Counted from the first letter of the stretch, positions 51,486 to 62,694 are shown. The stretch is DNA of 64,000 nucleotides from Phycisphaeraceae bacterium (GCA_963674705.1 OY771506.1:4768001-4832000); one strand, 5' to 3'. The notes: generated from the sequence alone by a model not told the origin. A program made the numbers and translations.

Positions 51486-52469
51486 ATGCATCGCGTTCTG
51501 AAAAAAACACGCATAGGTATACCAGGCTTTGTTACAGCAACCTGGCACTGGTTAAGCGATGACCGGCTGGCCTCGCAGGCACATGTTGAGCATCACGAGC
51601 AGATCGACTGGGTGCGTTGTATCCCCTTCGCTCTACTGCATCTGGCATGCTTGGGAGTGATATGGGTGGGCTTCAGTTGGATTGCCGTTGCGGTTGCCGT
51701 TGTGCTTTACCTGATGCGGATGTTCTTTGTCACAGCGTTCTATCACAGGTACTTTTCACACCGTACGTTTAAAACTTCCAGAACGGTGCAGTTCGTCATG
51801 GCGGCGCTGGCGTGCACTTCCGGTCAACGTGGCCCGCTGTGGTGGGCGGCTCATCACCGACAACACCACATGCACTCTGATCAAGACCCGGACCCCCACT
51901 CCCCGCGCATCATCGGCTTTCTGAAGTCGCATATGGGATGGTTCTTGACACGGAACGCGTTTGCCACGGATGAACGTCTGGTCAGGGATTGGCTTCGTTA
52001 CCCCGAACTCCGTTGGCTCAACCGTTTCGACTGGGTACCTCTACTGCTGCTCGCTATTGGTTTGTTTGTCTTAGGTGCCTTGTTACAGCGCTACGCACCC
52101 GCACTTGGCACGGACGGGTGGCAGATGCTTGTCTGGGGCTTCTTCGTATCAACGATCATGTTGTACCACTTCACCTACACGATCAACTCCCTCGCACACA
52201 CGGTCGGCAAGCAACGCTTTGCGACCGGGGACGACAGCCGCAACAACTTCTTCCTGGCACTACTCACGCTGGGAGAAGGCTGGCACAACAACCATCACCA
52301 CTACCCCGCCTCGGCTCGACAGGGCTTTTATTGGTGGGAGATCGATGTGACGTACTACGGCCTGTTATTGCTTAAGTCACTGGGTCTGATCCGTGACCTG
52401 CGCCCCGTCTCAACCGAGGCTCTGCACCGCGATCGGCTGGATATCAAGCCATCGGAGACAAGACCATGA
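51486..52469 (+). CDS. acyl-CoA / delta-9-type fatty acid desaturase
   Basis: His boxes HRYFSH, HRQHH, HNNHH; INSLAH. Confidence 0.92.
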   Translation: MHRVLKKTRIGIPGFVTATWHWLSDDRLASQAHVEHHEQIDWVRCIPFALLHLACLGVIWVGFSWIAVAVAVVLYLMRMFFVTAFYHRYFSHRTFKTSRTVQFVMAALACTSGQRGPLWWAAHHRQHHMHSDQDPDPHSPRIIGFLKSHMGWFLTRNAFATDERLVRDWLRYPELRWLNRFDWVPLLLLAIGLFVLGALLQRYAPALGTDGWQMLVWGFFVSTIMLYHFTYTINSLAHTVGKQRFATGDDSRNNFFLALLTLGEGWHNNHHHYPASARQGFYWWEIDVTYYGLLLLKSLGLIRDLRPVSTEALHRDRLDIKPSETRP

Positions 52470-53752
52470 GCTTGTCCACGTCCAAACGCATAGCAGTGAT
52501 CGGTTCAGGCATCTCCGGTATGGTCGCGGCATACAAGTTGAGTATGCACTACGACGTGACTATGTTCGAGGCCGGTGACTATGTCGGGGGACATACCAAC
52601 ACGATCCGTGTCGAATGTGATGGTGAAGTGCAACACGTTGACACCGGATTTATCGTGTTCAATGAGCATAATTACCCGAACTTTGTGGCGTTGATGAACG
52701 AACTCGGTGTCGCCTCACAACCAACCTGCATGAGTTTCAGCGTCCGCTGCGAAGACTCCGGCCTGGAGTACAACGGAACCAGTCCGAACAAGCTATTTGC
52801 CCAGCGACGGAATCTGCTTAGACCAAAGTTCTGGGGCATGCTTAAGCAGGTGTTGCGCTTTAGCCGTGAATCTCTGATCTTACTCGAGCAGACGGGTCCG
52901 GGCCCCACGGTCCGTGAATATGTCGAGGCTAAGGGGTATAGCCACGAATTCGTGGAACATTACCTGGTGCCACTGGGGACATCGCTTTGGTCAACACCGG
53001 CGCAGACATTCAGAGACTTCCCGATTAAATTCGTCGTACGTTTTTTATCCAATCACAACATGCTGCAGGTTGGAGGCCGACCGACATGGCGTGTGATCCA
53101 AGGTGGCTCGTTCCGCTATGTCGAAAAACTCACGGCACGGTACGCCAGTCGAATCCGACTAAGCTGCCCGGCTCAATCCGTGCTCCGCTTCCCCGACGGG
53201 GTCTGTGTCGAATCCTCCGGCTACGGATCGGAGTGGTACGACCACGTTGTGTTCGCATGCCATGCCGATCAGGCGCTACGCCTACTTGCCGACCCATCTC
53301 CCGTAGAACGTGAACTGCTTGGGGCGTTCCCCTATCAACCGAATGAGGCGGTCTTGCACACCGATACATCCGTGCTGCCAAGAAACCGACGCGCATGGGC
53401 CAGTTGGAACGCGACCGTATCAGACCGGCAGCGCGACTCGGTAGCCGTGACCTACAACATGAATATCCTCCAATCGCTCAAGAGCAAGCACACCTTTTGT
53501 GTCACACTCAACGACCAGGGCACAATCGATCCAACCAAGGTAATCCGACGGCTTAAGTACCACCATCCGATCTACACACTAGAACAGGAACACGCGCAAA
53601 GCCGCCATCACGAAATCATAGACAAGAACCGCAGTTCATATTGCGGAGCCTACTGGGGCTTTGGGTTCCACGAGGATGGGGTGCGAAGTGCCTTAGCGGT
53701 CTGCAACGCGATCATCCATAAGGCAGTCCATCAGGAGGCAGTTCATGCGTAG
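52466..53752 (+). CDS. FAD-dependent oxidoreductase, amine-oxidase family (UfaD-like)
   Basis: [32 protein letters not shown]. Confidence 0.88.
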   Translation: MSLSTSKRIAVIGSGISGMVAAYKLSMHYDVTMFEAGDYVGGHTNTIRVECDGEVQHVDTGFIVFNEHNYPNFVALMNELGVASQPTCMSFSVRCEDSGLEYNGTSPNKLFAQRRNLLRPKFWGMLKQVLRFSRESLILLEQTGPGPTVREYVEAKGYSHEFVEHYLVPLGTSLWSTPAQTFRDFPIKFVVRFLSNHNMLQVGGRPTWRVIQGGSFRYVEKLTARYASRIRLSCPAQSVLRFPDGVCVESSGYGSEWYDHVVFACHADQALRLLADPSPVERELLGAFPYQPNEAVLHTDTSVLPRNRRAWASWNATVSDRQRDSVAVTYNMNILQSLKSKHTFCVTLNDQGTIDPTKVIRRLKYHHPIYTLEQEHAQSRHHEIIDKNRSSYCGAYWGFGFHEDGVRSALAVCNAIIHKAVHQEAVHA

Positions 53753-54521
53753 TTGCCTTTATGAAGGCTGGACGCGCCACCGTCGGTACGCGCCGCGTGA
53801 GAACCACTTCCACTACAAGATGTTCATGGTCTATATCGACCTGGACGAGTTGGCGGAAGTCTTCCAGGGCCGCTGGCTATGGTCCGCAAAACGCCCGAAC
53901 CTCGCCTGGTTTCGCCGGCGGGACCACATGGGCGACCCGCAGGTTCCGCTGATCGAATCCGTGCGCGAAATGGTACAAGCAGAAACCGGCAGGTATCCGA
54001 CCGGGCCCATTGGGCTCTTAACGCATCTGCGTTACTTCGGCTACTGCATGAACCCGGTCAGCTTCTACTACTGCTGGGACCAGCCCGGGCAACGGGTTGA
54101 GACCATCGTCGCGGAGGTGCACAACACCCCATGGGGTGAAAGACACTGTTACGTACTGGATGAGAAGCAAAACATCGCGCATGGCAAGAAGAAGCGCTAC
54201 CGTTTTAACAAAGCGTTTCACGTGTCGCCATTTATGGGGATGAATCAAGTGTACGACTGGCGATTCACCGATCCGGATCAGCGAGTAGCTGTACACATGG
54301 AGAATATTGAGCAGGCACAGAAGCTCTTTGATGCCACCATGAGTCTGCATAGGCGTCCGATCACTGCCGCAACGCTAGCCCATGTGCTGATGGCTTACCC
54401 CGCCATGACACTGAAAGTGATCGCCGCAATCTATTACCAGGCCTTCCGGCTCTGGCTTAAACGCGTCCCCTTCCACCCCCACCCCAAGCATCGAGCAACG
54501 GCAAAGGCGGAATGCCCATGA
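53745..54521 (+). CDS. DUF1365 protein (UfaO-like)
   Basis: [36 protein letters not shown]. Confidence 0.9.
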   Translation: MRSCLYEGWTRHRRYAPRENHFHYKMFMVYIDLDELAEVFQGRWLWSAKRPNLAWFRRRDHMGDPQVPLIESVREMVQAETGRYPTGPIGLLTHLRYFGYCMNPVSFYYCWDQPGQRVETIVAEVHNTPWGERHCYVLDEKQNIAHGKKKRYRFNKAFHVSPFMGMNQVYDWRFTDPDQRVAVHMENIEQAQKLFDATMSLHRRPITAATLAHVLMAYPAMTLKVIAAIYYQAFRLWLKRVPFHPHPKHRATAKAECP

Positions 54522-55816
54522 GCGATACACTCATTACCAGCAATAGCGTTAGAAATAAAACCTCACGAATGAGCCCCGTTGACCGCGTCGCAAGGATACT
54601 AGTGCATAATCGCCTGGGTCGGTTGCATAAAGAACGCATTCAAATAACCGATGAACTGGGATCTAGTGAATATGGCCAACCATCAGATAACGAGTTGACG
54701 GCCTCGCTCCGGGTGCTCAGTTCGTCCTTCTACCGCGCAGTGCTTACCGGCGGCGCACTTGGATTCGCCGAGTCATACATCAACCGTCTGTGGGACACCG
54801 AGGATCTTACGACCCTGTTGCGCGTGATGGTCCGCAATATCGGGTTGGCTCATGATGCACAACGGGGCCCCGCCGCTCTCGCCCAATGGCTCGCACGTGC
54901 CTGGCACCGGATACACGACAACACGCTTGGCGGCAGCCGACGAAACATCCATGCACACTATGATCTCGGTAACGATTTGTTTGAGTTGTTCCTCGATCCA
55001 ACAATGACGTACTCGTCGGGTATCTTCGAGCATCCTCATATCTCATTGGAGGAGGCGTCCATCGCAAAGCTGGACCGTCTCTGCCGTAAACTCGATCTCG
55101 GGTCTGAAGACCACCTGCTTGAAATCGGTACAGGCTGGGGGAGTATGGCGATACATGCCGCGCAACGCTACGGCTGCCGGGTCACAACCACAACGATCTC
55201 GCGTGAACAGTTTGATCTGGCGAATCAGCGCATCACAGCAGCTGGGCTGAATAACCGTGTCGAACTGTTGCTGGCGGATTACCGTAAATTGTCCGGTCGA
55301 TATGACAAGCTCGTGTCTATTGAGATGATTGAGGCGGTCGGGCACCGACATCTTGACACCTTCTTTGCAGCATGCAGTCGATTGCTTAAGCCGGAGGGCG
55401 TGATGGCGCTTCAGGCAATCAATATGAACGATCAGCACTACCGGCGATATCTTCGATCTGTCGACTTTATCCAGCGCTATGTCTTTCCCGGAAGTTGCTG
55501 CCCTTCGTTGGGCGCCGTGGTCGGGTCGATAGGTCGCGCCACGGATATGCGTCTGTTTCATGTCGAAGAGATCGGACCGCATTACGCCGAAACACTACGG
55601 CGATGGCGCAATAACTTCGAGTCAAACACCGACCGAGTGCGCGATCTCGGTTATTCCGACGCTTTCCAGCGTCTCTGGCAGTATTACCTGTGTTACTGCG
55701 AAGCGGGATTTGAAGAAAGGTACATCGGTACGATTCAGGCCATACTGACCAAGCCGAGGTGCCGGCGTGCACCCCTGTTGTCGGAACTGAATACTGCGTA
55801 TGAGGTGCATGAATGA
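54518..55816 (+). CDS. cfa: cyclopropane-fatty-acyl-phospholipid synthase family methyltransferase (UfaM-like)
   Basis: [40 protein letters not shown]. Confidence 0.88.
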   Translation: MSDTLITSNSVRNKTSRMSPVDRVARILVHNRLGRLHKERIQITDELGSSEYGQPSDNELTASLRVLSSSFYRAVLTGGALGFAESYINRLWDTEDLTTLLRVMVRNIGLAHDAQRGPAALAQWLARAWHRIHDNTLGGSRRNIHAHYDLGNDLFELFLDPTMTYSSGIFEHPHISLEEASIAKLDRLCRKLDLGSEDHLLEIGTGWGSMAIHAAQRYGCRVTTTTISREQFDLANQRITAAGLNNRVELLLADYRKLSGRYDKLVSIEMIEAVGHRHLDTFFAACSRLLKPEGVMALQAINMNDQHYRRYLRSVDFIQRYVFPGSCCPSLGAVVGSIGRATDMRLFHVEEIGPHYAETLRRWRNNFESNTDRVRDLGYSDAFQRLWQYYLCYCEAGFEERYIGTIQAILTKPRCRRAPLLSELNTAYEVHE

Positions 55817-56601
55817 TCCTTTGGAAAGCATTACTGATCGGCTGGCTGATTATGGCTGCGCTGATGCTCGGCCTCTGGCTTATCCAGCGCCGAACACACA
55901 ACGCCGGGATCGTGGACATCGCTTGGTCATTCGGGACGGGCCTGATGGGTGTATGGTTTGCATGGTGCTCGGACGGGTACACGCCGCGCCGTTGGTTGGT
56001 GGGTGTGCTGGCGGGGCTATGGGGCATACGTTTGGGCGTGTACCTGTTGCAACGGGTGATGCGAGAAGAAGAGGACGGCCGATACACCATGCTGCGCGAA
56101 CGATGGGGCGAAAACACGCAGCGGAAGTTGTTCTTTTTCTTCCAACTCCAGGCGGCCTGGGCGGTTTTGTTCGCATTACCGATGTGGGTGGCTGCGGACA
56201 ACACCGCAACTGACTTGCGGTGGCACGACTACGCCGGCGCCTTGGTCTGGCTGATCGCTGTCGTGGGTGAGTCTATCGCGGATGCACAACTGGACACTTT
56301 CCGCAAGCAGCCGGCCAATAAGGGGAAAGTCTGTGACCGAGGGTTGTGGCGCTACTCACGCCACCCCAACTACTTCTTCGAGTGGATCGGCTGGTGGTCA
56401 TATGTCTTAATCGCCCTCGGTGGATCATACGCGTGGACCGCGTTGGGCGGGCCGTTAGTGATGTACTGGTTCATCACACGTGTGACAGGAATCCCCTTGA
56501 CCGAGAAACAGGCGATTCGCAGCCGCAGGGATGCTTATCGTCGTTACCAACAAACAACCAACGCCTTTTTCCCGGGGCCTACACGAAAGACCGAGGTGTA
56601 A
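55813..56601 (+). CDS. DUF1295 membrane protein
   Basis: [28 protein letters not shown]. Confidence 0.9.
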   Translation: MILWKALLIGWLIMAALMLGLWLIQRRTHNAGIVDIAWSFGTGLMGVWFAWCSDGYTPRRWLVGVLAGLWGIRLGVYLLQRVMREEEDGRYTMLRERWGENTQRKLFFFFQLQAAWAVLFALPMWVAADNTATDLRWHDYAGALVWLIAVVGESIADAQLDTFRKQPANKGKVCDRGLWRYSRHPNYFFEWIGWWSYVLIALGGSYAWTALGGPLVMYWFITRVTGIPLTEKQAIRSRRDAYRRYQQTTNAFFPGPTRKTEV

Positions 56602-56603
56602 CT

Positions 56604-57716
56604 ATGTATGAATGGATGAGCAAGCAGGCGGTTTCGTGGATCGAATCGGGACGGCTACCCGACACGATCGTGCGACTGGGTATCCGCAGACTCTGCGCCC
56701 AGCGTCTGCGGAACGAGCAATCACAAGACTGTGAGGAAGAAGCCAAACGCCTTCAGGCTTTTATTGATTCGACACGTAACGGACCGATCGCACCTGTGCC
56801 GGAGGCCGCCAACGAGCAGCATTACGAATTGCCGCCCGAGTTTTTCGGCCATGTCCTGGGCCCGCGGCGAAAATACAGCAGTTGTTACTGGCCCGATGGG
56901 GTTGGCAGCTTAGCCGAGGCGGAAAGAGCGGCATTGAAGGCGACCTGCATCCACGCCGAATTAAAGGACGGCCAAGATATCCTCGAGTTGGGTTGCGGCT
57001 GGGGCTCGCTGACACTGTGGATGGCTGAAAAGTATCCGGCAGCGCGAATCACTGCGGTATCCAACTCGGCGCCGCAACGTCAATACATCATGTCACGCGC
57101 AAGCGAACTGGGGTTGCAGAACGTAAAAGTACACACCGCGGATATGAATCAGTACCAATCCGATCGCCGATATGACCGCATCGTCTCCGTGGAGATGTTC
57201 GAACATATGCGGAATTATGAACGGCTTCTGTCACGCATTGCGGATTGGCTCAAGCCCGAAGGCAAGCTCTTCGTACACATCTTCTGTCACAGGCAATACG
57301 CCTACCCGTTCGAACCGACCGGCGCCATGTCGTGGATGGCGCGATACTTTTTCACCGGCGGGATCATGCCTTCCGACGGCCTGCTGCACCGGTTTGGGAA
57401 ACACCTGCACGTCGCAAATCAGTGGCGTTGGTCAGGGCGTCACTACGAGAATACAGCCAACGCGTGGCTGGCCAATCTCGACGCTCGGACCGAACAAGTT
57501 CTACCAATCCTCGCTGAGACGTACGGGCCCAGGAGTGCGCGTCTTTGGCTGCAACGCTGGCGCATCTTCTTCATGGCATGCGCTGAATTATTCGGCTACC
57601 AGAACGGCGGACAGTGGTGGGTCAGCCACTACCTGCTTGAACCAGTAAGCGCAATACGATCAGAACGCACTGTTCGGCACAGACATGATGAATCACCCGT
57701 AAATGCGCTTGTCTGA
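56604..57716 (+). CDS. second cfa-family SAM-dependent methyltransferase
   Basis: [38 protein letters not shown] 56604 after GAGGT. Confidence 0.88.
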   Translation: MYEWMSKQAVSWIESGRLPDTIVRLGIRRLCAQRLRNEQSQDCEEEAKRLQAFIDSTRNGPIAPVPEAANEQHYELPPEFFGHVLGPRRKYSSCYWPDGVGSLAEAERAALKATCIHAELKDGQDILELGCGWGSLTLWMAEKYPAARITAVSNSAPQRQYIMSRASELGLQNVKVHTADMNQYQSDRRYDRIVSVEMFEHMRNYERLLSRIADWLKPEGKLFVHIFCHRQYAYPFEPTGAMSWMARYFFTGGIMPSDGLLHRFGKHLHVANQWRWSGRHYENTANAWLANLDARTEQVLPILAETYGPRSARLWLQRWRIFFMACAELFGYQNGGQWWVSHYLLEPVSAIRSERTVRHRHDESPVNALV

Positions 57717-57748
57717 ATGACATTAAATAGACCAGGAGTTCTTTGATC

Positions 57749-58102
57749 ATGTCCAGAAGTCAAACGATCGTAGCTTATTTGCTCGCAATAATCGGAACAC
57801 TTGCGATGGTGGTTGTCATCGGACACGGATTCCTGGACGGAAACTTCCGTCAGGAAGGCAGGTGGCTGCTGGACCATCCCTGGGGCCGCGTCACCCTGGT
57901 AGACCTATACGTGGGATTCTTACTCTTCGCCGGTTGGGTATTCCAGCGTGAACGGTCTAAATTGATCGCAACAATCTGGTTGATATCGCTGTTGGTGCTG
58001 GGGCACTTGGCAGCATCTGTCTATGTCATCCGTGCATTATTACAGAGCCGGAATAATGCAGAGCACTTCTGGATAGGTAAAGATACTGAGGGCCGACAGT
58101 AA
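57749..58102 (+). CDS. DUF1475-like small membrane protein
   Basis: PWGRVTLVDLYVGF..W...RE; CAGGAG upstream. Confidence 0.7.
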   Translation: MSRSQTIVAYLLAIIGTLAMVVVIGHGFLDGNFRQEGRWLLDHPWGRVTLVDLYVGFLLFAGWVFQRERSKLIATIWLISLLVLGHLAASVYVIRALLQSRNNAEHFWIGKDTEGRQ

Positions 58103-58244
58103 TTATAATTAATGCGGACGTATATTTACGCTATTGTGGATCATGAAATCTGGCTCTTCGTAGACCTTATTCGTGGGGAAAGCTATCGCGGCTGACAAAA
58201 GATGTTTATTCCGTAGTTACGGAATATTGATTTTTATAAACAAC

Positions 58245-58284
58245 GGGCCCGGCAGGGCTTGAACCAGCGACCTCACCCTTATCA
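58245..58284 (-). tRNA. tRNA-Ile(GAT) 3' half only (att-site remnant), copy 2
   Basis: 39/40 identical to 37821-37860. Confidence 0.85.
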
Positions 58285-58775
58285 AGCAAATACTATAAAA
58301 CATTTAAGCCAATTGCCGTCAGCATCTTAACTTGCAATAGCACTTTCGCATTGCTTCGCGGTTACCACATAGCCACACGCTTGCATGGCCGATCCGTTCT
58401 GGTCGAGTACCGCATCACCTTACGCGCAAATCAAAAGGCCTACCTACGTGTCAAGGCGAGCTCTCGCAACAGCTTATCCAGGTCCGCGTTGCCTGCTGAA
58501 AGACCACATGCATTGAGTTCATGTACCACTGCACCTTCAACATATTCTTTCATACTGACAGGCCAATGTGAGTCAACATCATAGTAGCACGTTAAGCTGT
58601 ACTCTTGCCGCCAGAACCATGTGACGAATACGTTGATAATGAATTGCCCGGTCCGATAGCATCATCACGGCGCACACATGTAGAAGCAAGCCAATAATAG
58701 CATGTATGAGAACAGCTAACTAAGCTACATTCTTGTGATCACAAGCCGTTGAGCCACCTTAACCAGTTCAAGTAT

Positions 58776-60350
58776 TTAGGTCCTTCGCACCCGTAGCCAT
58801 AACCAACTCATTGAACCAAACATAACATAAGTCATGGGTTCAGGGATACTGATGCTGCGTGGTGGTGTCCCCGCGTTCCAGTTGTTCAGTACGATATCCA
58901 GATCGTCCAAGCCGACGAATCCGTCCCCGCTCGGATCGGCCAGGAGATCACCCGGCGGGATCGTTTGGTTCCAGTTGGTAAGGATAATGTCAAGATCGTC
59001 CAACCCGACAAAACCGTCGCTGTTGAGATCGCCAGGGATACTCGGTACGGGAAGAGTTAACTGGATCGAGTAGGCAGTATCTCCATTATTACTGGTGTCA
59101 TGCGTATCGCGTCCAATGAAGAAAACGGTCACAAGATTGTTGGCATCACGGTCGGTCATGGCCAGGCCAAGTTGGATTTTTGTGAGTGTTTCGCCGGTAT
59201 CCACCACATTGCCGATGGTGACATATTCGACATCGTTGATAAAGATGGAATCTCCAAAGGTGTAAGCGACATCACCTTGTTCATTGATCACGACATTCTT
59301 GGCCTGACCGGTGAGGGTGGTTGTCCCGCCGGACTCGGTCGGCAGGGAATCACCTTCGCGGGCGACGATGGTACCATCGACAACGATGACGGCATCGTTG
59401 CTGACGTGGTCGGTATCCCCGGCAACAGCCCATTTGCCGTCATTATTGACCGCATAGCGTGAGTACGATCCGTCCCAGCTATCGCCTATCCCGCCGTCGG
59501 CAACGGGGATGGTTTGACCTTCAAGCAGGAAGGCATTGGGATCGCTCGCAAACGCAGCGGCACTACCATTGAGAATCATGAGGTTGGTGATCGGGAAGGG
59601 TGTAGAGGGACTCCAGACAGCAGGATTGACATCAATTTCAGTCATGAAGTTGGAGCCGTCAGGTGACATGAAAATGTTGCCGATGCTACCGAGGTCATCA
59701 TCAAGGACGTTGCCGCCGTAGCCGCCGATGGGATCGCCAGTCTTGAAGATAGGCGTGCCCGTGCCGGAGAAGAAGCCAGTCTGGTTTCCGCCAAAGCCCG
59801 CCTTGTAGTAGAGAACACCTGTGTCGCTGAAGCCGGTGAGCCCGAAGAACTCGAAGCTCTGCCCGGGGATACCGGAGATGGAATCACCTTCAAAGAGTAC
59901 TGGTGCGTTGTCAATCCAAACGGTATTGATTTGGGTTCCGCCGGGGCTGGTGGAAACATCGGCTTCGTATGCAAAATGGCCGGTGTTGTTGAAATAACCG
60001 GTGCTGCCGTAACCTTCTCTATAGTAGGTAGTGGGACCGATGGTGACATCAGTTTCTTCTTGAAGGACGCTGGATGCGGTCAGAGCGTCGGGTCTGCCAT
60101 AGAGAAAGCCGTAGCCGGTATTATTAAACGGGGGGTAAGTTCGCCCGCGGATGGCGTAAGCACCGGTGGCGTTGGTACGAATGTCACCGAGGCCTTCAAT
60201 GAAATCAGCGAAGCCGTCTGGCGTGTCGTACCAATCAAGTTCGCCGATCAGGCGGGTGGCAGTAGCAGCAGAAACATGGTTGGCTGGATATAAGATGCCT
60301 CCACAAGACAATAGGGCCACAAAAGTACAGCTATAGCAGTAATTAAGCAT
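58776..60350 (-). CDS. PEP-CTERM protein with dockerin-like module
   Basis: Signal peptide; EGD-containing beta-rich repeats; GDLNSDGFVGLDDL twice; IPEPMT tail; GGGAGAGG RBS. Confidence 0.85.
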   Translation of the reverse strand: MLNYCYSCTFVALLSCGGILYPANHVSAATATRLIGELDWYDTPDGFADFIEGLGDIRTNATGAYAIRGRTYPPFNNTGYGFLYGRPDALTASSVLQEETDVTIGPTTYYREGYGSTGYFNNTGHFAYEADVSTSPGGTQINTVWIDNAPVLFEGDSISGIPGQSFEFFGLTGFSDTGVLYYKAGFGGNQTGFFSGTGTPIFKTGDPIGGYGGNVLDDDLGSIGNIFMSPDGSNFMTEIDVNPAVWSPSTPFPITNLMILNGSAAAFASDPNAFLLEGQTIPVADGGIGDSWDGSYSRYAVNNDGKWAVAGDTDHVSNDAVIVVDGTIVAREGDSLPTESGGTTTLTGQAKNVVINEQGDVAYTFGDSIFINDVEYVTIGNVVDTGETLTKIQLGLAMTDRDANNLVTVFFIGRDTHDTSNNGDTAYSIQLTLPVPSIPGDLNSDGFVGLDDLDIILTNWNQTIPPGDLLADPSGDGFVGLDDLDIVLNNWNAGTPPRSISIPEPMTYVMFGSMSWLWLRVRRT

Positions 60351-60523
60351 CTCTTATACCTCTCCCAAAAAGGGCAAATCAGTTTGTCTAGACGTATCAT
60401 AGCCCTATGATTTCTGAGGTTCTATTGTATAATAGGCTTAGTGCCTAGTATAGTATTTTTATTGAAAACAGAGCAAAAGAATGCCTGAAGGGTCTCAGTT
60501 CTGGCCCGTGTGTGGTGAGAGCT

Positions 60524-61207
60524 ATGCAAGCATATGAAATCCGACGCGCCTTCACGTTGATCGAATTGCTGGTTGTCATTTCGATAATTGCCTTGCTGAT
60601 TGGGATCCTGCTACCCGCGTTGGGTGCCGCCCGCAAGACCGCCAACAATGCTGTGTGTATGTCCAACCTCCGGCAGTTGGGCACAGCATCCATTATGTAT
60701 GCTAATGCGCATGATGGGTATCTGCCTGACGGTAAGACACTGGGTGGCAAGTCCTTCCGCATTCAGCCTGATAGTTATGTGCCTGAATATTGGCACCCTC
60801 GGTATGTCGGGATGGGGCCTGAAACACTTGGCCTTCCGGCGCTGTTGAGCGGATTGGAATACATGGGAGGCAAGCTTGATGTCTGGGTCTGCCCTTCCAA
60901 CGAGCTGTATGAGGTGTTCGGCAATACCTACAATGTGCCAGCTCATGAAGGCCTGCCCCAGAATGATCCACAGGTTTTGTACCGCTATTTCTATGGTGGC
61001 CAAGCGAACTTCGCCACACCTTCGGAGCGTGCCTGGATATCCGATGAGATCGTGCTGGGCCCGGCACGCCCGGGCTTTACTGGGCCACATGGCACAAGTA
61101 ATCTGGCAGCAGATGCAAGGCCTATCCTGCATGGCGGCGACACACCCGAAGAATCTCGGCAGCGTTTCTTCTTAGATGGCCACGTTGCTAAAGATCCGCC
61201 AGAATAG
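60524..61207 (+). CDS. prepilin-type / H-X9-DG (DUF1559-like) protein
   Basis: [41 protein letters not shown]. Confidence 0.88.
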   Translation: MQAYEIRRAFTLIELLVVISIIALLIGILLPALGAARKTANNAVCMSNLRQLGTASIMYANAHDGYLPDGKTLGGKSFRIQPDSYVPEYWHPRYVGMGPETLGLPALLSGLEYMGGKLDVWVCPSNELYEVFGNTYNVPAHEGLPQNDPQVLYRYFYGGQANFATPSERAWISDEIVLGPARPGFTGPHGTSNLAADARPILHGGDTPEESRQRFFLDGHVAKDPPE

Positions 61208-61288
61208 GCTTCACCTATCTTGCATGCAACATCGCCGCAAACACACATATCAGATCATTATTACAAACTGTCATGCATTCATGCGATG

Positions 61289-61327
61289 AAAAAGCCCACG
61301 AACGCCATATCCGTGGGCTTGTTTTTT
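61289..61327. terminator. bidirectional intrinsic terminator
   Basis: AAGCCCACG / CGTGGGCTT stem with A-run before and T-run after, between convergent genes. Confidence 0.75.
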
Positions 61328-61351
61328 GTGATTATCGCAAATCGCCTAATA

Positions 61352-62383
61352 TTAGCGGCGACGCAGCATGGCCAAGCCGCCAAGACCAAGCAACGCTAGG
61401 CTGGCAGGTTCGGGCACGGCGTAGATGCCGGCCACCTGACCGCCAGAAGCGAGGGTCTGGGACCAAGCGAGTTCGCCGTTATAGCTGAAGAAGCTCGAGA
61501 CGAAGTCGCTGCCGGCAGGGCCATTGACCAACGCGTTTTCGTCTAGTACGGTCGTTAGAGTGACAAGAGCGTTACTAGGATCCAAACTCTTGATCGAGTC
61601 GAATGTGCCGCCGTCACGGAAGACCAGCAAGCCGTCGACAAAGTTAAACGCCGTGGTCGAGAAGCCTACGTCATTGCCGACTCCTACGATCTGTTCCTCA
61701 GTCAGCACGACACCACTGGAAGGGCCGGAAGGATCGTAGAAGCTGATATCTTCACCCACGGAATCCGTGCTCTGTCCGAGGTAGATCACGCCGTTGTCGC
61801 CCACAGCCACACCGCTCGGGCTGCTGTCGCCGGTGATGGCGGTCAGTTCTAGGTCGGTCAGCACAGTGGCGAGACCGTTCACTGCACCGGTAGTCTTGAG
61901 CAGTTGGTCTGAGGTGCTTTGATAGAAGACCATGTTGCCGTCGGTTGGATCAACCGCGGCGAAGGAAACACTGCCGCCAATGGTGGCATTATCGACCAAC
62001 AATGTAGCCGCTCCAGATACCTGGTCGATCTTGACAATCTGATCGGTCACCAGATCCAAGATCAACAGATCAGAACCGGAAGCATAGGGGATGCCGGCGA
62101 TACCTGTTGGGGTGGCATTGACAGTCGTGTTCCACGTAGCGGTATCGACAAGCGTGGTAACGGTGTTGGCCCCGCCGACGTCGCTGATTTTGACAACACG
62201 GTGCAGGCCGGAACCCGATAGCACTGCATAGGCGTCATTGCCGACGATGGTGGCTGAGTTCAGCAATGAAGCGTCCCCGCCATTGATCGTAGGCAGATCG
62301 ACTAACTGAAAGTAAGCCTGTGAAGATGTAGCGGTGAGCATCATTGCCGATGCCGCCGATACCATTAGATACGATAGCTTCAT
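61352..62383 (-). CDS. PEP-CTERM sorting domain protein (beta-propeller-like)
   Basis: Signal peptide; VPEPASLALLGLGGLAMLRRR; GGAGAGGAG RBS. Confidence 0.88.
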   Translation of the reverse strand: MKLSYLMVSAASAMMLTATSSQAYFQLVDLPTINGGDASLLNSATIVGNDAYAVLSGSGLHRVVKISDVGGANTVTTLVDTATWNTTVNATPTGIAGIPYASGSDLLILDLVTDQIVKIDQVSGAATLLVDNATIGGSVSFAAVDPTDGNMVFYQSTSDQLLKTTGAVNGLATVLTDLELTAITGDSSPSGVAVGDNGVIYLGQSTDSVGEDISFYDPSGPSSGVVLTEEQIVGVGNDVGFSTTAFNFVDGLLVFRDGGTFDSIKSLDPSNALVTLTTVLDENALVNGPAGSDFVSSFFSYNGELAWSQTLASGGQVAGIYAVPEPASLALLGLGGLAMLRRR

Positions 62384-62694
62384 ATGTTTCTCCTCTCCTG
62401 AGTAGTACTAACTGCATTGATGCAAAAAACAATACGCGGATGCAGGCTGAGCATTCCAAAATATTGATTAATAGCAGACGAGTACAGCACTTATAAAGAC
62501 GCCCGCATAAAATTCTACTTCCTTGATTTTATTGATTTTAAGCGTGATGTCAACGAAAATACAGTGTTACTTATATATTCGCAGGGACTTCTTGTATAAG
62601 ATGGGCCCGTTCTCTAAGAATCACAAGATATTTAGCGCGTTTAATCCACAGGCATACAATAAGTTACAGATGATAGACCGTCTGATTGGATAAA

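Larger units (their letters stand above)
37820..58284. mobile_element. genomic island (~20.4 kb) between tRNA-Ile att repeats; no integrase seen
   Basis: Direct repeats at 37820 and 58245 with ~70 bp of shared non-tRNA flank. Confidence 0.7.

Noticed and set aside
58207..58226. Inverted repeat TATTCCGTA-GT-TACGGAATA beside the right att site
   Set aside because: Could be a terminator or binding site, but it is AT-rich, single-copy and not assignable.
58440..58660. Short minus-strand open frame (..MKEYVEGAVVHELNACG..)
   Set aside because: Under 40 codons from the first ATG, no motif; an integrase remnant is not supported.
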